This document shows positions 24,940 to 33,939 of a DNA stretch of 33,939 nucleotides, piece after piece (position 1 is the first letter of the stretch; the number at the start of each line of letters is the position of its first letter). The notes under the pieces are model-generated. The model had not been told where the DNA came from. It ran no database searches and saw nothing but the letters and a program-made list of their open reading frames with translations. The stretch is from Eubacteriales bacterium (lineage in GTDB: Bacteria > Bacillota > Clostridia > Oscillospirales > UMGS1783), in assembly GCA_045591385.1 (NCBI GenBank), contig JAZNSU010000100.1, positions 1-33,939 of the forward strand, given 5' to 3'. The position numbers were made by a program, and so were the translations under genes.

Positions 24940-24993
24940 CCATGTATTCTTTCCTTGCATTGTGCATGGGTCGATGCCCAAGGACAGGCCATA

Positions 24994-25995
24994 TCACTCG
25001 TCCTTTGGTTTACCTAATGCCTCAATGACTTGCTGTTTGAGAGATTGTTCATCCGGATAAAACTCCATGAAATTTTTTCCAATCTCCGATTTTCCTTCGA
25101 TGGTGCGGATCCCGTCCCAACGGTAGCCGGCCATTTTGTCCATCAGATTTTGCAACTGGTTGACCGAACGGTCGGTCACCATATATTGGGCCAGTTCGGT
25201 GGCCGTATTCAGGGAGAAAGACTCGTCCTGCTCCATATAACGGCGGGTCTGCTTAATGAGCGCCTCGATATACTGGCGCTGGCGTTCCATACGGCTCACA
25301 TTTGTGCCGTCGCCCACGCCCTGACGGGAGCGGACATAGGTGAGCGCCTGCTCGCCTTTGAGGGTAACCGTTTGCCCCTGGATCAGCGTATCATCAATGC
25401 CTGTAAAGTCGTCGAGCACCGTGACTTCCACACCGCCGACCATGTCGTTAAACAAGGCTACGGCATCCATCGTAAGAGAAATATAATGGTCAACCTTGAC
25501 ACCGTACAGCAACTCGGAAACGGCGTCGGCCGTATTGTTGCAACTGATCTCCTTCCCGTTGCCGTAAGCATGGGCCAAAGCCAGTTGCATGGTTTTGGTA
25601 TCGATCTTCTGGCCGGCCACACCCAAAACATGGACGGGAGTCATGGTGTCGCGGTTGAGATGGATGGCAGACCACCTCTCATTGGCGTCATCCAGCACCA
25701 ACAGCACCAAAAAGTCGGCCTGACGATCGTTGGTATAGGCGTTATCATCTGTGGGGGCTTCAAAACTGTCCAGACCCATAATCAAGATGGTGCGCAGTTC
25801 GTCGCGCAGGACATATTCGCCCCCATTATAATCAATGATGGTTTGTTGGCCGTGTTCGTCCTCTCCGGAGAACAGACCATGATGCCGCTCCCAGATGTTC
25901 ATGCCCAGCAGTAATGCAGACACGACAAACACAGCGGCAAGGAAAAGGGCCAGGTAGCGCAAAGGGTTCTTGCCGGACTCTTTTGCACCTCTCAT
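24994..25995 (-). CDS. LytR-CpsA-Psr (LCP) family glycopolymer-to-cell-wall ligase
   Basis: N-terminal TM (YLALFLAAVFVVSALLL), then ILIMGLDS, RQADFLVLLVLD, SAIHLNRDT and YVRSRQG motifs. Confidence 0.88.
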   Translation of the reverse strand: MRGAKESGKNPLRYLALFLAAVFVVSALLLGMNIWERHHGLFSGEDEHGQQTIIDYNGGEYVLRDELRTILIMGLDSFEAPTDDNAYTNDRQADFLVLLVLDDANERWSAIHLNRDTMTPVHVLGVAGQKIDTKTMQLALAHAYGNGKEISCNNTADAVSELLYGVKVDHYISLTMDAVALFNDMVGGVEVTVLDDFTGIDDTLIQGQTVTLKGEQALTYVRSRQGVGDGTNVSRMERQRQYIEALIKQTRRYMEQDESFSLNTATELAQYMVTDRSVNQLQNLMDKMAGYRWDGIRTIEGKSEIGKNFMEFYPDEQSLKQQVIEALGKPKDE

Positions 25996-26007
25996 AGAGA
26001 TTACCCC

Positions 26008-26676
26008 TTAGTTGGATTTCTTCTTCATCACCACGACAACAGCAACCAGAGCCACAGCCGATACGGCCATCAAAGAAATGTAGAGGGCGAGGTTGGCATT
26101 GTCACCGGTCGAGGCGTTCTTCTCTGCGGTAGCATCAACAACGATAGCGAAGGGAGAAAGCTCTTCAACCGAGAAGGAAATGGTGTCGGTGCCTGTAACC
26201 TTAGCGCTGGAAACTACGACCCAGCCGGCATCGGTCTTGTGCAGCAGGGCTACGAAGTTCTTCAGATCGGCGGTCAGATGGATGGTAATGGTACCGTGAC
26301 CATCGTTATGAGAGGCACAATCTTCCTCACTGATGTCGAACAGCTGGCTGACGGCCAGATTTTCGGCTTCGATCTTCTTGTCCTCGGCAACCTTGGTCAG
26401 GTCGGGAACCAGTTTGGTCAGATCGGCGTTCGCCTTAACGTCTTCGTAAGCCTTCTCCATCTCCTGCTTGGCTGCTTCAGTCAGACCGGCACGATCTTCG
26501 TACGGAGTGATCTCCAGATCGTAATCGCAGTTCGAATTGTCGACTTCGGTTTCGAAATCCTTAATTTCGGGAGCCTCGTTGAGCACGGGGCTCTTAACGA
26601 AGCCGGTGGCCATGACCGAAACGCTCAGCGCAACGACCAGGATCAGGGACAGGATGCATGCAAGTACTTTTTTCAT
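26008..26676 (-). CDS. Small secreted/surface protein with sorting-signal-like C-terminus, function unknown
   Basis: Signal peptide MKKVLACILSLILVVALSVSVMATG and an acidic central part. The C-terminus reads SPFAIVVDATAEKNASTGDNANLALYISLMAVSAVALVAVVVVMKKKSN: an xxxTG-like motif, a hydrophobic helix and a basic tail. Confidence 0.6.
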   Translation of the reverse strand: MKKVLACILSLILVVALSVSVMATGFVKSPVLNEAPEIKDFETEVDNSNCDYDLEITPYEDRAGLTEAAKQEMEKAYEDVKANADLTKLVPDLTKVAEDKKIEAENLAVSQLFDISEEDCASHNDGHGTITIHLTADLKNFVALLHKTDAGWVVVSSAKVTGTDTISFSVEELSPFAIVVDATAEKNASTGDNANLALYISLMAVSAVALVAVVVVMKKKSN

Positions 26677-26714
26677 GATGGTAGGTCCTTTCTGAATAAA
26701 AAATATTTTTTATA

Positions 26715-27404
26715 TTAGGCAAACCAACTCTCGCAAAATGCGAGCCATTGATCTGCAAAATCCTCGCCCATTTTCTTGAGGATGACGGCCTGCGCCTCGC
26801 CGAGTCGGGGGGCCCGATCGGTCAGGTTATGGCTATCCGACCCGAGAAAGTGGATCGAGTGATTTTTCAAAAGTTTTAAAGCCTTACGCCGCGTATGGCA
26901 ATCGGCAAAAAAGGGAGCGTTGACCTGCATAAGAATACCCGCTTCCAGCAGTCGCACCCATGTGTCCTTGGGTTGGTCTTTCCCATATCGCTCGATATGC
27001 GCCAGCACCAGTTGCCCGCCGCAGGTATCGGCCAGTTCGACCACTTCCCGCAGGGTATACTCAGTCCAGCGCCCCAAGGGCATTTCCAGAAGCAAGAGCG
27101 AACTGCCTTGTATACGCAGATCCCGCAAACCTTCCAAACGGCGGATGCCGCTGTAGTAGCGCACCTCAGCGCCCAGTTGTATCTTGGGCAGATCATCCGT
27201 CAGATGCTCTTGCAGTTTGGCATAGGCTTCCTGCCGACGGGATAAAAACTGCGCAACCGATTCTTGAGAAGCATGGAAATGCGGGGTAGCCACCACCATA
27301 TCGACCTGCTGGGATTGCAGTTGCGCCAAAACGGACAGGCTTTCTTCTATCGTTTGGCACCCATCGTCCATAGCCGGCAGGACATGGCAGTGAAGGTCAA
27401 TCAT
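26715..27404 (-). CDS. cpsB: PHP-family protein-tyrosine phosphatase CpsB/Wzh/YwqE type
   Basis: MIDLHCHVLPAMDDG, VATPHF, LLLEMP, VLAHIERY and LGSDSHN metal-binding motifs. ATG 27404 overlaps the cpsD end by 8 nt (ATGATTGA). The ORF-track N-terminal extension was rejected. Confidence 0.9.
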   Translation of the reverse strand: MIDLHCHVLPAMDDGCQTIEESLSVLAQLQSQQVDMVVATPHFHASQESVAQFLSRRQEAYAKLQEHLTDDLPKIQLGAEVRYYSGIRRLEGLRDLRIQGSSLLLLEMPLGRWTEYTLREVVELADTCGGQLVLAHIERYGKDQPKDTWVRLLEAGILMQVNAPFFADCHTRRKALKLLKNHSIHFLGSDSHNLTDRAPRLGEAQAVILKKMGEDFADQWLAFCESWFA

Positions 27405-28158
27405 TTTTCTTCTTGCGGTGACCGTAGCCGTAGCCATAGCCGTATTCGTAACCATAGTCATGGTAGTCACCATAAGCATCACGGCCGGTCTTGGCATTGT
27501 TCATAACACAACCGAGCACCTTGACATTGGACAGACGCAACTGACGGTAGCACTGCTCCAGTTCCCGTTTCTCGGTCTGGTCTTCCTTCACGACGACAAT
27601 CATTCCGGTAATGAGTTTGGAGATGGCCAACGCGTCGGACACGAGGTTGACGGGCGGTAGGTCGACCACAATATAGTCGAACTTCTCAGCCAGCACATGA
27701 AGAAGATTTTCCATGCGGCGGGAGCCCAGCAACTCGGACGGATTGGGCGGCAGTTCGCCCGAGGGGACGATATACCAGTTATTTAACACGGTAGAACGGA
27801 ATATGCTCAGATCCAGCGATTCCTGCTCCATTAACAAATTGGAAAGACCCGGAGCGGCGGCCAGTTCCATTTTCTTGGCGATACTGGGCACACGCAGATC
27901 CCCGTCGATGAGCAGTACGCGCTTGCCGTTTTCTGCCAGTACGTAGGACAGATTGATGGCGGTGGTACTCTTGCCCTCGCCGCGGTTGGCGCTGGTCATG
28001 CCGATGATCGGGCACTTGACCTCGGCCGGAATGGTAAAGGAAAGATTGGTACGCAACAGTTTATACTGTTCTTTTGCGGTAAATTCCAGATTTTCATGCA
28101 AGGTACGGCGGACATCCGCGGCGAATGCAGCCTTCTTGCGCTTATTCTTTGTAGCCAT
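27397..28158 (-). CDS. cpsD: BY-kinase catalytic subunit CpsD/Wze
   Basis: Walker A SANRGEGKST, Walker A' LLIDGDLR and Walker B YIVVDLPP. Tyr-rich tail AYGDYHDYGYEYGYGYGYGH has 8 Tyr. Start taken as ATG 28158; GTG 28164 is possible. Confidence 0.9.
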   Translation of the reverse strand: MATKNKRKKAAFAADVRRTLHENLEFTAKEQYKLLRTNLSFTIPAEVKCPIIGMTSANRGEGKSTTAINLSYVLAENGKRVLLIDGDLRVPSIAKKMELAAAPGLSNLLMEQESLDLSIFRSTVLNNWYIVPSGELPPNPSELLGSRRMENLLHVLAEKFDYIVVDLPPVNLVSDALAISKLITGMIVVVKEDQTEKRELEQCYRQLRLSNVKVLGCVMNNAKTGRDAYGDYHDYGYEYGYGYGYGHRKKKND

Positions 28159-28176
28159 ATTCACTCACCCGCCTTA

Positions 28177-28920
28177 TCAACCCTTAGATTTATACCGATA
28201 CCCATAATGGCTCCCGTTGCCCATGGCCGGAATCTTGGCCAAGATGGGATAGGGGTAGGTATTGATCAGATATTCTTCGTCGTGGATCCGATCATCCAGA
28301 ATGGCGATCAGCGCCAGAACCATGACCGAAGCGAGCAATCCCAGCAGGAAGCCGATGGCCGTATAGTTGGTAATACTGGGGGATACTTTTCTCAGACTGA
28401 CGACCGCCGAGTCGACCACTTCCATACTGCTGCCCTCGATAATCTCGGAAATGCGGCGGGGCAGTACGTCGGCAATGGCGTTGGCGATCTTCTCCGCCTC
28501 ATACGGATCGGGAGCGGTGACCTTGACGCGCATGATCTCGGTTTCGTCCACAGCGCCCGCCTCGATCATCGAGGAGAGAGCCCCTGCCGAGTAATCGACG
28601 CCCGCTTTATCAGCAACCGCTTCGAGGGTGGTACGGTTGTTGAGTAAGACGGTATAGGTTTTCACCAAATTCTGCGCCGCCACGATCTGCGACGAGGAGA
28701 TGCTGAAACTGGCACCGCCGACCGACACGCCGTTGTTGACATAGAGCATGACCGATGAGGAATACATCGGCGTTACGGCAAACGAGGCGTAACTAAAGCC
28801 GATAACGGCGCCCATCAGCGCGACCAGAACGATGGCCCATGAGCGGCGGAGCAGGACTTTTACGATGTGCATTAAGTCCACGGTATACACGTCTTTGGTT
28901 TTATTGACTGTACTTTCCAT
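28177..28920 (-). CDS. cpsC: Wzz/CpsC-type chain-length/BY-kinase transmembrane modulator
   Basis: DLMHIVKVLLRRSWAIVLVALMGAVIGFSYASF (TM1), the Wzz-type segment PMYSSSVMLYVN and a second TM (IGFLLGLLASVMVLALIAIL). SD GGGAG upstream of ATG 28920. Confidence 0.88.
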   Translation of the reverse strand: MESTVNKTKDVYTVDLMHIVKVLLRRSWAIVLVALMGAVIGFSYASFAVTPMYSSSVMLYVNNGVSVGGASFSISSSQIVAAQNLVKTYTVLLNNRTTLEAVADKAGVDYSAGALSSMIEAGAVDETEIMRVKVTAPDPYEAEKIANAIADVLPRRISEIIEGSSMEVVDSAVVSLRKVSPSITNYTAIGFLLGLLASVMVLALIAILDDRIHDEEYLINTYPYPILAKIPAMGNGSHYGYRYKSKG

Positions 28921-28990
28921 ATATGGAATCTCCCTTAATTTCGGGTTAAAATATTTGGTTTTGCATGGACTTTCCCCATACTACAGACTC

Positions 28991-29019
28991 ATTATAACAC
29001 TTCTCATTGACAAAATCAA
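28991..29019 (-). promoter_or_regulatory. Candidate sigma-A promoter of the polysaccharide locus
   Basis: Minus strand reads TTGATT (29014-29019), a 17-nt spacer, then TGtTATAAT (perfect -10 at 28991-28996 with an extended TG), ~70 nt upstream of the cpsC ATG. Confidence 0.55.
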
Positions 29020-29083
29020 CATAAAATTGTTTATATGAAAATAATTTTTGATGGCTTGTTTGGGGATATTTTATAGTAAATGA

Positions 29084-29112
29084 TTGACAATATAGGGAGA
29101 AAAAACTATAAT
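29084..29112 (+). promoter_or_regulatory. Consensus sigma-A promoter of the atp operon
   Basis: TTGACA (29084-29089), exactly 17 nt, then TATAAT (29107-29112). The atpI ATG at 29143 is preceded by GGAG. Confidence 0.75.
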
Positions 29113-29142
29113 TAAGGTAATATTTTACTTGGAGTTTTCATT

Positions 29143-29524
29143 ATGAAAAAGGTGGATCCTGCCATAATTAAAGAAACCAAATATCTGGCGGTTTGGGTGG
29201 GGGTGCTCAGCGTGCTGATGCATGCCGTTTTCCTCATTCTGCGTCGCTGGGACTATACGGTACTGCTGGGCAATCTGCTGGGCGGTATTGCAGCGCTGGG
29301 CAACTTCTTCTTAATGGGGCTGTCGGTACAAAAGGCGCTGGGCAAGGACGAAAAGGGTGCGAAAAGCGCCATGAAAGTATCCCAAGCCTACCGCACGTTG
29401 TTGGTGCTGGTGCTGGTAATTCTGGGTGTGGTCTTGCCTTGGTTTGATACCGTAGCGGTGATTCTTCCCATCTTCTTCCCCCGTATCGGCATTGCTTTTC
29501 GGCCGTTGTTTGATAAGCGTGGAG

Positions 29525-29544
<20 letters not shown>
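29143..29544 (+). CDS. atpI: ATP synthase protein I (AtpI-like small membrane protein)
   Basis: 133 aa with four hydrophobic helices, and the first gene of the atp operon. Called mostly on position and topology. Confidence 0.7.
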
Positions 29545-30722
<1,178 letters not shown>

Positions 30723-30737
30723 TAGGGAGAAAATGGC

Positions 30738-31244
30738 ATGCAGAATTTAGATGTCATATCTGTCAACCTATGGCAGATCTTGATCTCTTTGGCCAACCTG
30801 CTTATTATGTTCCTCATCATTAAGAAGTTCCTCTATAAACCGGTCAAGGCGACCCTTACCAAGCGGCAGAGCGAACTGGATGCCCGCTATCAGGCGGCCG
30901 AAACGGCCGAACAGGATGCCCTGCGGCATCAGGCCGATTGGGAAGCCAAAATGGCGGGCGCCAAGGCCGAGGCCGACCGTATTGTCGACCAAGCGACCGA
31001 GCAGGCCAAGTTCCGCTCGGATGCGATGGTAGAAGAAGCCCGTCAAAAAGCCGAGGCGATGGTACAGATGGCGCAAACACAGGCGCAGTTGGAGCGCCGC
31101 AAGGCCGAGGACGGCATCAAGCGAGAGATTGTAGAGGTATCGGGTCTGCTTACCGAGAAGATGCTCGAGCGTGAGATCAACGCCGAGGATCACCGCAACC
31201 TGATTGATTCCTTTATTGATCAGATAGGTGACTTCGATGAGTGA
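30738..31244 (+). CDS. atpF: F0 subunit b
   Basis: One N-terminal TM (LWQILISLANLLIMFLIIKKFL) followed by a long charged Ala/Glu/Lys/Arg-rich helix. Operon position supports the call. Confidence 0.88.
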   Translation: MQNLDVISVNLWQILISLANLLIMFLIIKKFLYKPVKATLTKRQSELDARYQAAETAEQDALRHQADWEAKMAGAKAEADRIVDQATEQAKFRSDAMVEEARQKAEAMVQMAQTQAQLERRKAEDGIKREIVEVSGLLTEKMLEREINAEDHRNLIDSFIDQIGDFDE

Positions 31245-31767
31245 GGTTGCCAAAGAATACGGGGCGGCACTATACATGGTAGCCGCCGAGAGTGAGCAGA
31301 CGGATGCGTTTGCCAAGGCTCTGTCTGTAATCGGGAAGGTCTTTGCGGAGAATCCCGATTACCCCACCCTGCTCGCCTCGCCCAACATCCCGATGCACGA
31401 GAGGCTCGGGCAGATCGAGCAGGCGTTCGGCGGAGCGGCAGAGAAAGAGGTCGTATCCTTTTTGCAACTGCTTTGCCAAAAGGGGCATATTCATGATTTT
31501 GAGGCGGCGGCCGAGGAATATCGGGCGCTGTGGCAGGCGGCAACGCGGGTGTGCGATGCCGTAATCACAAGTGCGGTACCGCTGAATGAAACCCAACAAC
31601 AAAAACTTCTTGAAAAACTGGAGCAGACATCCAAGCGGACGGTACATGCGGTCTATCGGGTGGATCCCTCGGTTATGGGCGGGGTGATCGTGGAGATGGA
31701 CGGCAAGGTGCTGGACGGCAGTTTGCGCCAGCGTTTGCGTGAGATAAAGGATGTGATGCACAGATGA
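31237..31767 (+). CDS. atpH: F1 subunit delta (OSCP)
   Basis: [13 protein letters not shown] at the N-terminus and [26 protein letters not shown] at the C-terminus. ATG 31237, behind AGGTGA, is preferred over GTG 31228. Confidence 0.88.
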   Translation: MSEVAKEYGAALYMVAAESEQTDAFAKALSVIGKVFAENPDYPTLLASPNIPMHERLGQIEQAFGGAAEKEVVSFLQLLCQKGHIHDFEAAAEEYRALWQAATRVCDAVITSAVPLNETQQQKLLEKLEQTSKRTVHAVYRVDPSVMGGVIVEMDGKVLDGSLRQRLREIKDVMHR

Positions 31768-33254
31768 GCAGACCGGAAGAGATCAGCAATATTATAAAAG
31801 AACAAATTAAAAACTACCGCTCCCGTATGGAAATGAAGCAGACCGGTACGGTCATTCTGGTGGGCGACGGCATTGCGCGCGTTTACGGCTTGCAGGACTG
31901 CATGGCCAGCGAACTGTTAGAGTTTGAGGACGGCAGTTTCGGCATGGCGCAGAACTTAGAGACCGACAGCGTTTCGGTCGCACTCCTGTCCGACACCAAC
32001 GCCATTCGTGAGGGCTCCACGGTCAAGCGCACGGGTAAGGTCCTGTCTGTTCCCGTGGGCGAGGCGATGCTGGGGCGTGTGGTCAATGCTTTGGGTGAGC
32101 CGATCGACGGTAAGGGACCGATCGCGACCGATCAGACCCGCCCGATCGAGTCGGAAGCGCCCGGTATCATTGAGCGCAAGAGCGTTTCGGTGCCCTTGCA
32201 GACGGGCATTAAGGCCATCGACAGCATGATCCCCATCGGGCGGGGTCAGCGAGAACTCATTATCGGCGACCGTCAGACGGGCAAGACCGAGATTGCGCTG
32301 GATACCATTATCAATCAGAAAAATTCGAATGTCATTTGCATCTATGTGGCCATCGGGCAGAAGAACAGTTCGGTGGTGCAGTTGGCCAATGAACTAACAC
32401 GGGCAGGGGCGATGGGTTACACCATTATCGTATCGGCTTCGGCTTCCGAGTCGGCGCCCTTGCAGTATGTCGCGCCCTATGCGGGCTGTGCGATGGCCGA
32501 GTATTTCCGCGAACAGGGCAAGGATGTTTTGATCGTTTACGATGACCTGTCCAAGCACGCGGTGGCCTATCGCGCCCTCTCCCTGCTCATTCGCCGACCT
32601 CCCGGACGTGAGGCCTATCCGGGTGACGTTTTCTATCTCCATTCCCGCTTGCTTGAGCGGGCGGCTTGCGTAGCGCCCGAATACGGCGGGGGCTCGATCA
32701 CCGCCCTGCCTATCATTGAAACGCAGGCGGGCGACGTATCGGCCTATATTCCGACCAATGTCATTTCCATTACCGACGGGCAGATCTTCTTAGAGACGGA
32801 ACTGTTCCATGCGGGTGTCATGCCGGCCATTAACCCCGGTATTTCGGTTAGCCGTGTGGGCGGTTCGGCGCAGATCAAGGGCATGAAGAAGGTGGCGGGA
32901 GAACTCAAACTCCTCTACTCGCAATACCGCGAACTGCAGGCCTTTGCCCAGTTTGGCAGCGATCTGGATGCCGACACCAAGGCGCGTTTAGCCTTGGGTG
33001 AGCGCATCGTTGAGGTGCTCAAGCAGGGGCGCAACACCCCCATTCGTGTGGGCTGTCAGGTAGCCATCGTGTACGCCGTCATTCACGGGTATCTCAACGA
33101 TATTGCGGTATCGGACGTGAAGACCTATGAAAAGGATCTATATGAACTGCTGGAGAATCGGTACGCCGATTTCCTGACCCGTGTCGAGGCGGGATACTGG
33201 GAGGACGAGGATATCGCCCGCCTGACCGATGCCCTGTCCCGCATGGCGAGGTAA
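31764..33254 (+). CDS. atpA: F1 subunit alpha
   Basis: Walker A GDRQTGKT, plus [51 protein letters not shown] and [13 protein letters not shown] overlap with the atpH stop. Confidence 0.97.
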   Translation: MSRPEEISNIIKEQIKNYRSRMEMKQTGTVILVGDGIARVYGLQDCMASELLEFEDGSFGMAQNLETDSVSVALLSDTNAIREGSTVKRTGKVLSVPVGEAMLGRVVNALGEPIDGKGPIATDQTRPIESEAPGIIERKSVSVPLQTGIKAIDSMIPIGRGQRELIIGDRQTGKTEIALDTIINQKNSNVICIYVAIGQKNSSVVQLANELTRAGAMGYTIIVSASASESAPLQYVAPYAGCAMAEYFREQGKDVLIVYDDLSKHAVAYRALSLLIRRPPGREAYPGDVFYLHSRLLERAACVAPEYGGGSITALPIIETQAGDVSAYIPTNVISITDGQIFLETELFHAGVMPAINPGISVSRVGGSAQIKGMKKVAGELKLLYSQYRELQAFAQFGSDLDADTKARLALGERIVEVLKQGRNTPIRVGCQVAIVYAVIHGYLNDIAVSDVKTYEKDLYELLENRYADFLTRVEAGYWEDEDIARLTDALSRMAR

Positions 33255-33258
33255 GAGC

Positions 33259-33939
33259 ATGGCCGATATCAAACAGTTACGCACCCGCATCAAGAGTGTC
33301 GACTCGACCCTGCATCTGACCAAGGCGATGGGGCTGGTGGCTTCCTCCAAGATCCGTCGGGCGACCGACAGTATGATCAAGGGCAAGCAGTACGCCCACG
33401 CCTTATCGGACACGGTAGCGATCCTCGGCGGGTACGAGGAGTGCCGCAAGAGCCCGTATATGCAACAGCGACAGGGCGAGCGGATGCGTTTGGTGGTCGT
33501 GGCGGGCGACCGTGGTTTGGCGGGCGGCTACAACGCCAACATTTTCCGCCTGATGCGCGAGTATCCGCAGGCCGAGGTCATTCCCGTGGGCAAGCGTGCC
33601 TGTGACCGCTACAAGGGATCTCTTGCCTATGCCGAGAAATTCTCTTATGAGCAGGCGCGGGAGATTGCCGAGGAAGCTTGTCGGGGCTTTTGCGCGGGCG
33701 AGTTTGACCGGTTTGGCGTGGTGTGCAGTGAGTATCATTCGCTCATGTCGCAGGAGGCAAGGGTGGTATGGTTGTTGCCCCTTGCGCGGACTGAAGCCAA
33801 GGCATCCAATGCCATATTTGAGCCCGATGAAGTGACCGTCCTCAACGCCATGATTCCCGAATATGTGGCGGGGATGCTTCTTTCCTGTGTTAAGGAGAGT
33901 TTTGCTTGCGAGGTGGCGGCACGGCGGGTGGCGATGGAC
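33259..33939 (+). CDS. atpG: F1 subunit gamma (3' end outside the window)
   Basis: MADIKQLRTRIKSVDSTLHLTKAMGLVASSKIRRA and VVVAGDRGLAGGYNANIF. The frame stays open to the last base of the window. Confidence 0.9.
   Translation, partial: MADIKQLRTRIKSVDSTLHLTKAMGLVASSKIRRATDSMIKGKQYAHALSDTVAILGGYEECRKSPYMQQRQGERMRLVVVAGDRGLAGGYNANIFRLMREYPQAEVIPVGKRACDRYKGSLAYAEKFSYEQAREIAEEACRGFCAGEFDRFGVVCSEYHSLMSQEARVVWLLPLARTEAKASNAIFEPDEVTVLNAMIPEYVAGMLLSCVKESFACEVAARRVAMD

Noticed and set aside
25030-25914. 294-aa plus-strand ORF
   Set aside because: Antisense to the LCP gene, which has clear family motifs. No motif, no SD and a composition typical of a shadow frame.
27418-27470. Near-tandem hexanucleotide periodicity (GTAGCC/ATAGCC units) as a non-coding repeat
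   Set aside because: It is the coding sequence of the CpsD C-terminal YGYGYG tyrosine cluster, a normal feature of BY-kinases. I note it only as a possible length-variable segment.
27405-27497. N-terminal extension of the cpsB ORF (MPRPAVMLMVTTMTMVTNTAMATATVTARRK)
   Set aside because: It is the out-of-frame reading of the cpsD Tyr/Gly repeat codons. CpsB-family proteins begin at MIDLHCH, and that ATG (27404) has the classic overlap with the cpsD stop.
29492-29524. TTG start of atpB proposed by the ORF track
   Set aside because: No SD, and a 53-nt overlap with atpI. A strong GGAGGTGA at 29521-29528 points to a start just downstream, though which codon remains uncertain.
30768-31761. Minus-strand ORFs of 182 and 163 aa inside the atp operon
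   Set aside because: Antisense to atpF and atpH, whose identity is secure from operon context and motifs. They are shadow frames.

Overview
Chromosomal segment of a moderately high-GC Gram-positive bacterium. The gene content (LCP protein, split CpsC/CpsD BY-kinase, PHP-type CpsB phosphatase, MnmM/YtqB, DUF896) points to Bacillota, probably Clostridia; the species cannot be named from sequence alone. There are three blocks. (1) 1-3961, minus strand: tRNA-Ala(GGC), mutY, mnmM, an XRE-family membrane regulator, a DUF896 protein, and a membrane-anchored tyrosine-phosphatase-like protein whose catalytic Cys and Arg are both replaced. (2) 4024-28920, minus strand: one ~25-kb Wzx/Wzy-type capsule/exopolysaccharide locus of 25 tightly packed, often translationally coupled genes. 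Order: cpsC-cpsD-cpsB, a small surface protein, LCP, aminotransferase, then a 490-bp non-coding spacer, then the initiating sugar-phosphate transferase, ATP-grasp ligase, HAD hydrolase, five glycosyltransferases, two hexapeptide acetyltransferases, an orphan P-loop protein, a pyruvyl transferase with an FrhB-like Fe-S flavoprotein, wzy, wzx, fnlA-fnlB-fnlC (UDP-L-FucNAc) and a PF14907-type nucleotidyltransferase. The central ~8.6-23.1 kb is clearly AT-richer than its surroundings, which suggests a horizontally exchanged serotype cassette. (3) 29084-33939, plus strand: divergently transcribed F1Fo ATP synthase operon atpIBEFHAG (atpG cut by the window end). Its c subunit carries a two-carboxylate Na+-type ion-binding signature. 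The most notable observation is that one acetyltransferase gene is split by a G8 homopolymer (17402-17409), as in slipped-strand phase-variable capsule-modification genes. I saw no CRISPR array, rRNA, transposase, integrase or recognisable phage/defence gene. All protein calls come from motif recognition by eye; no database search or computation was possible.
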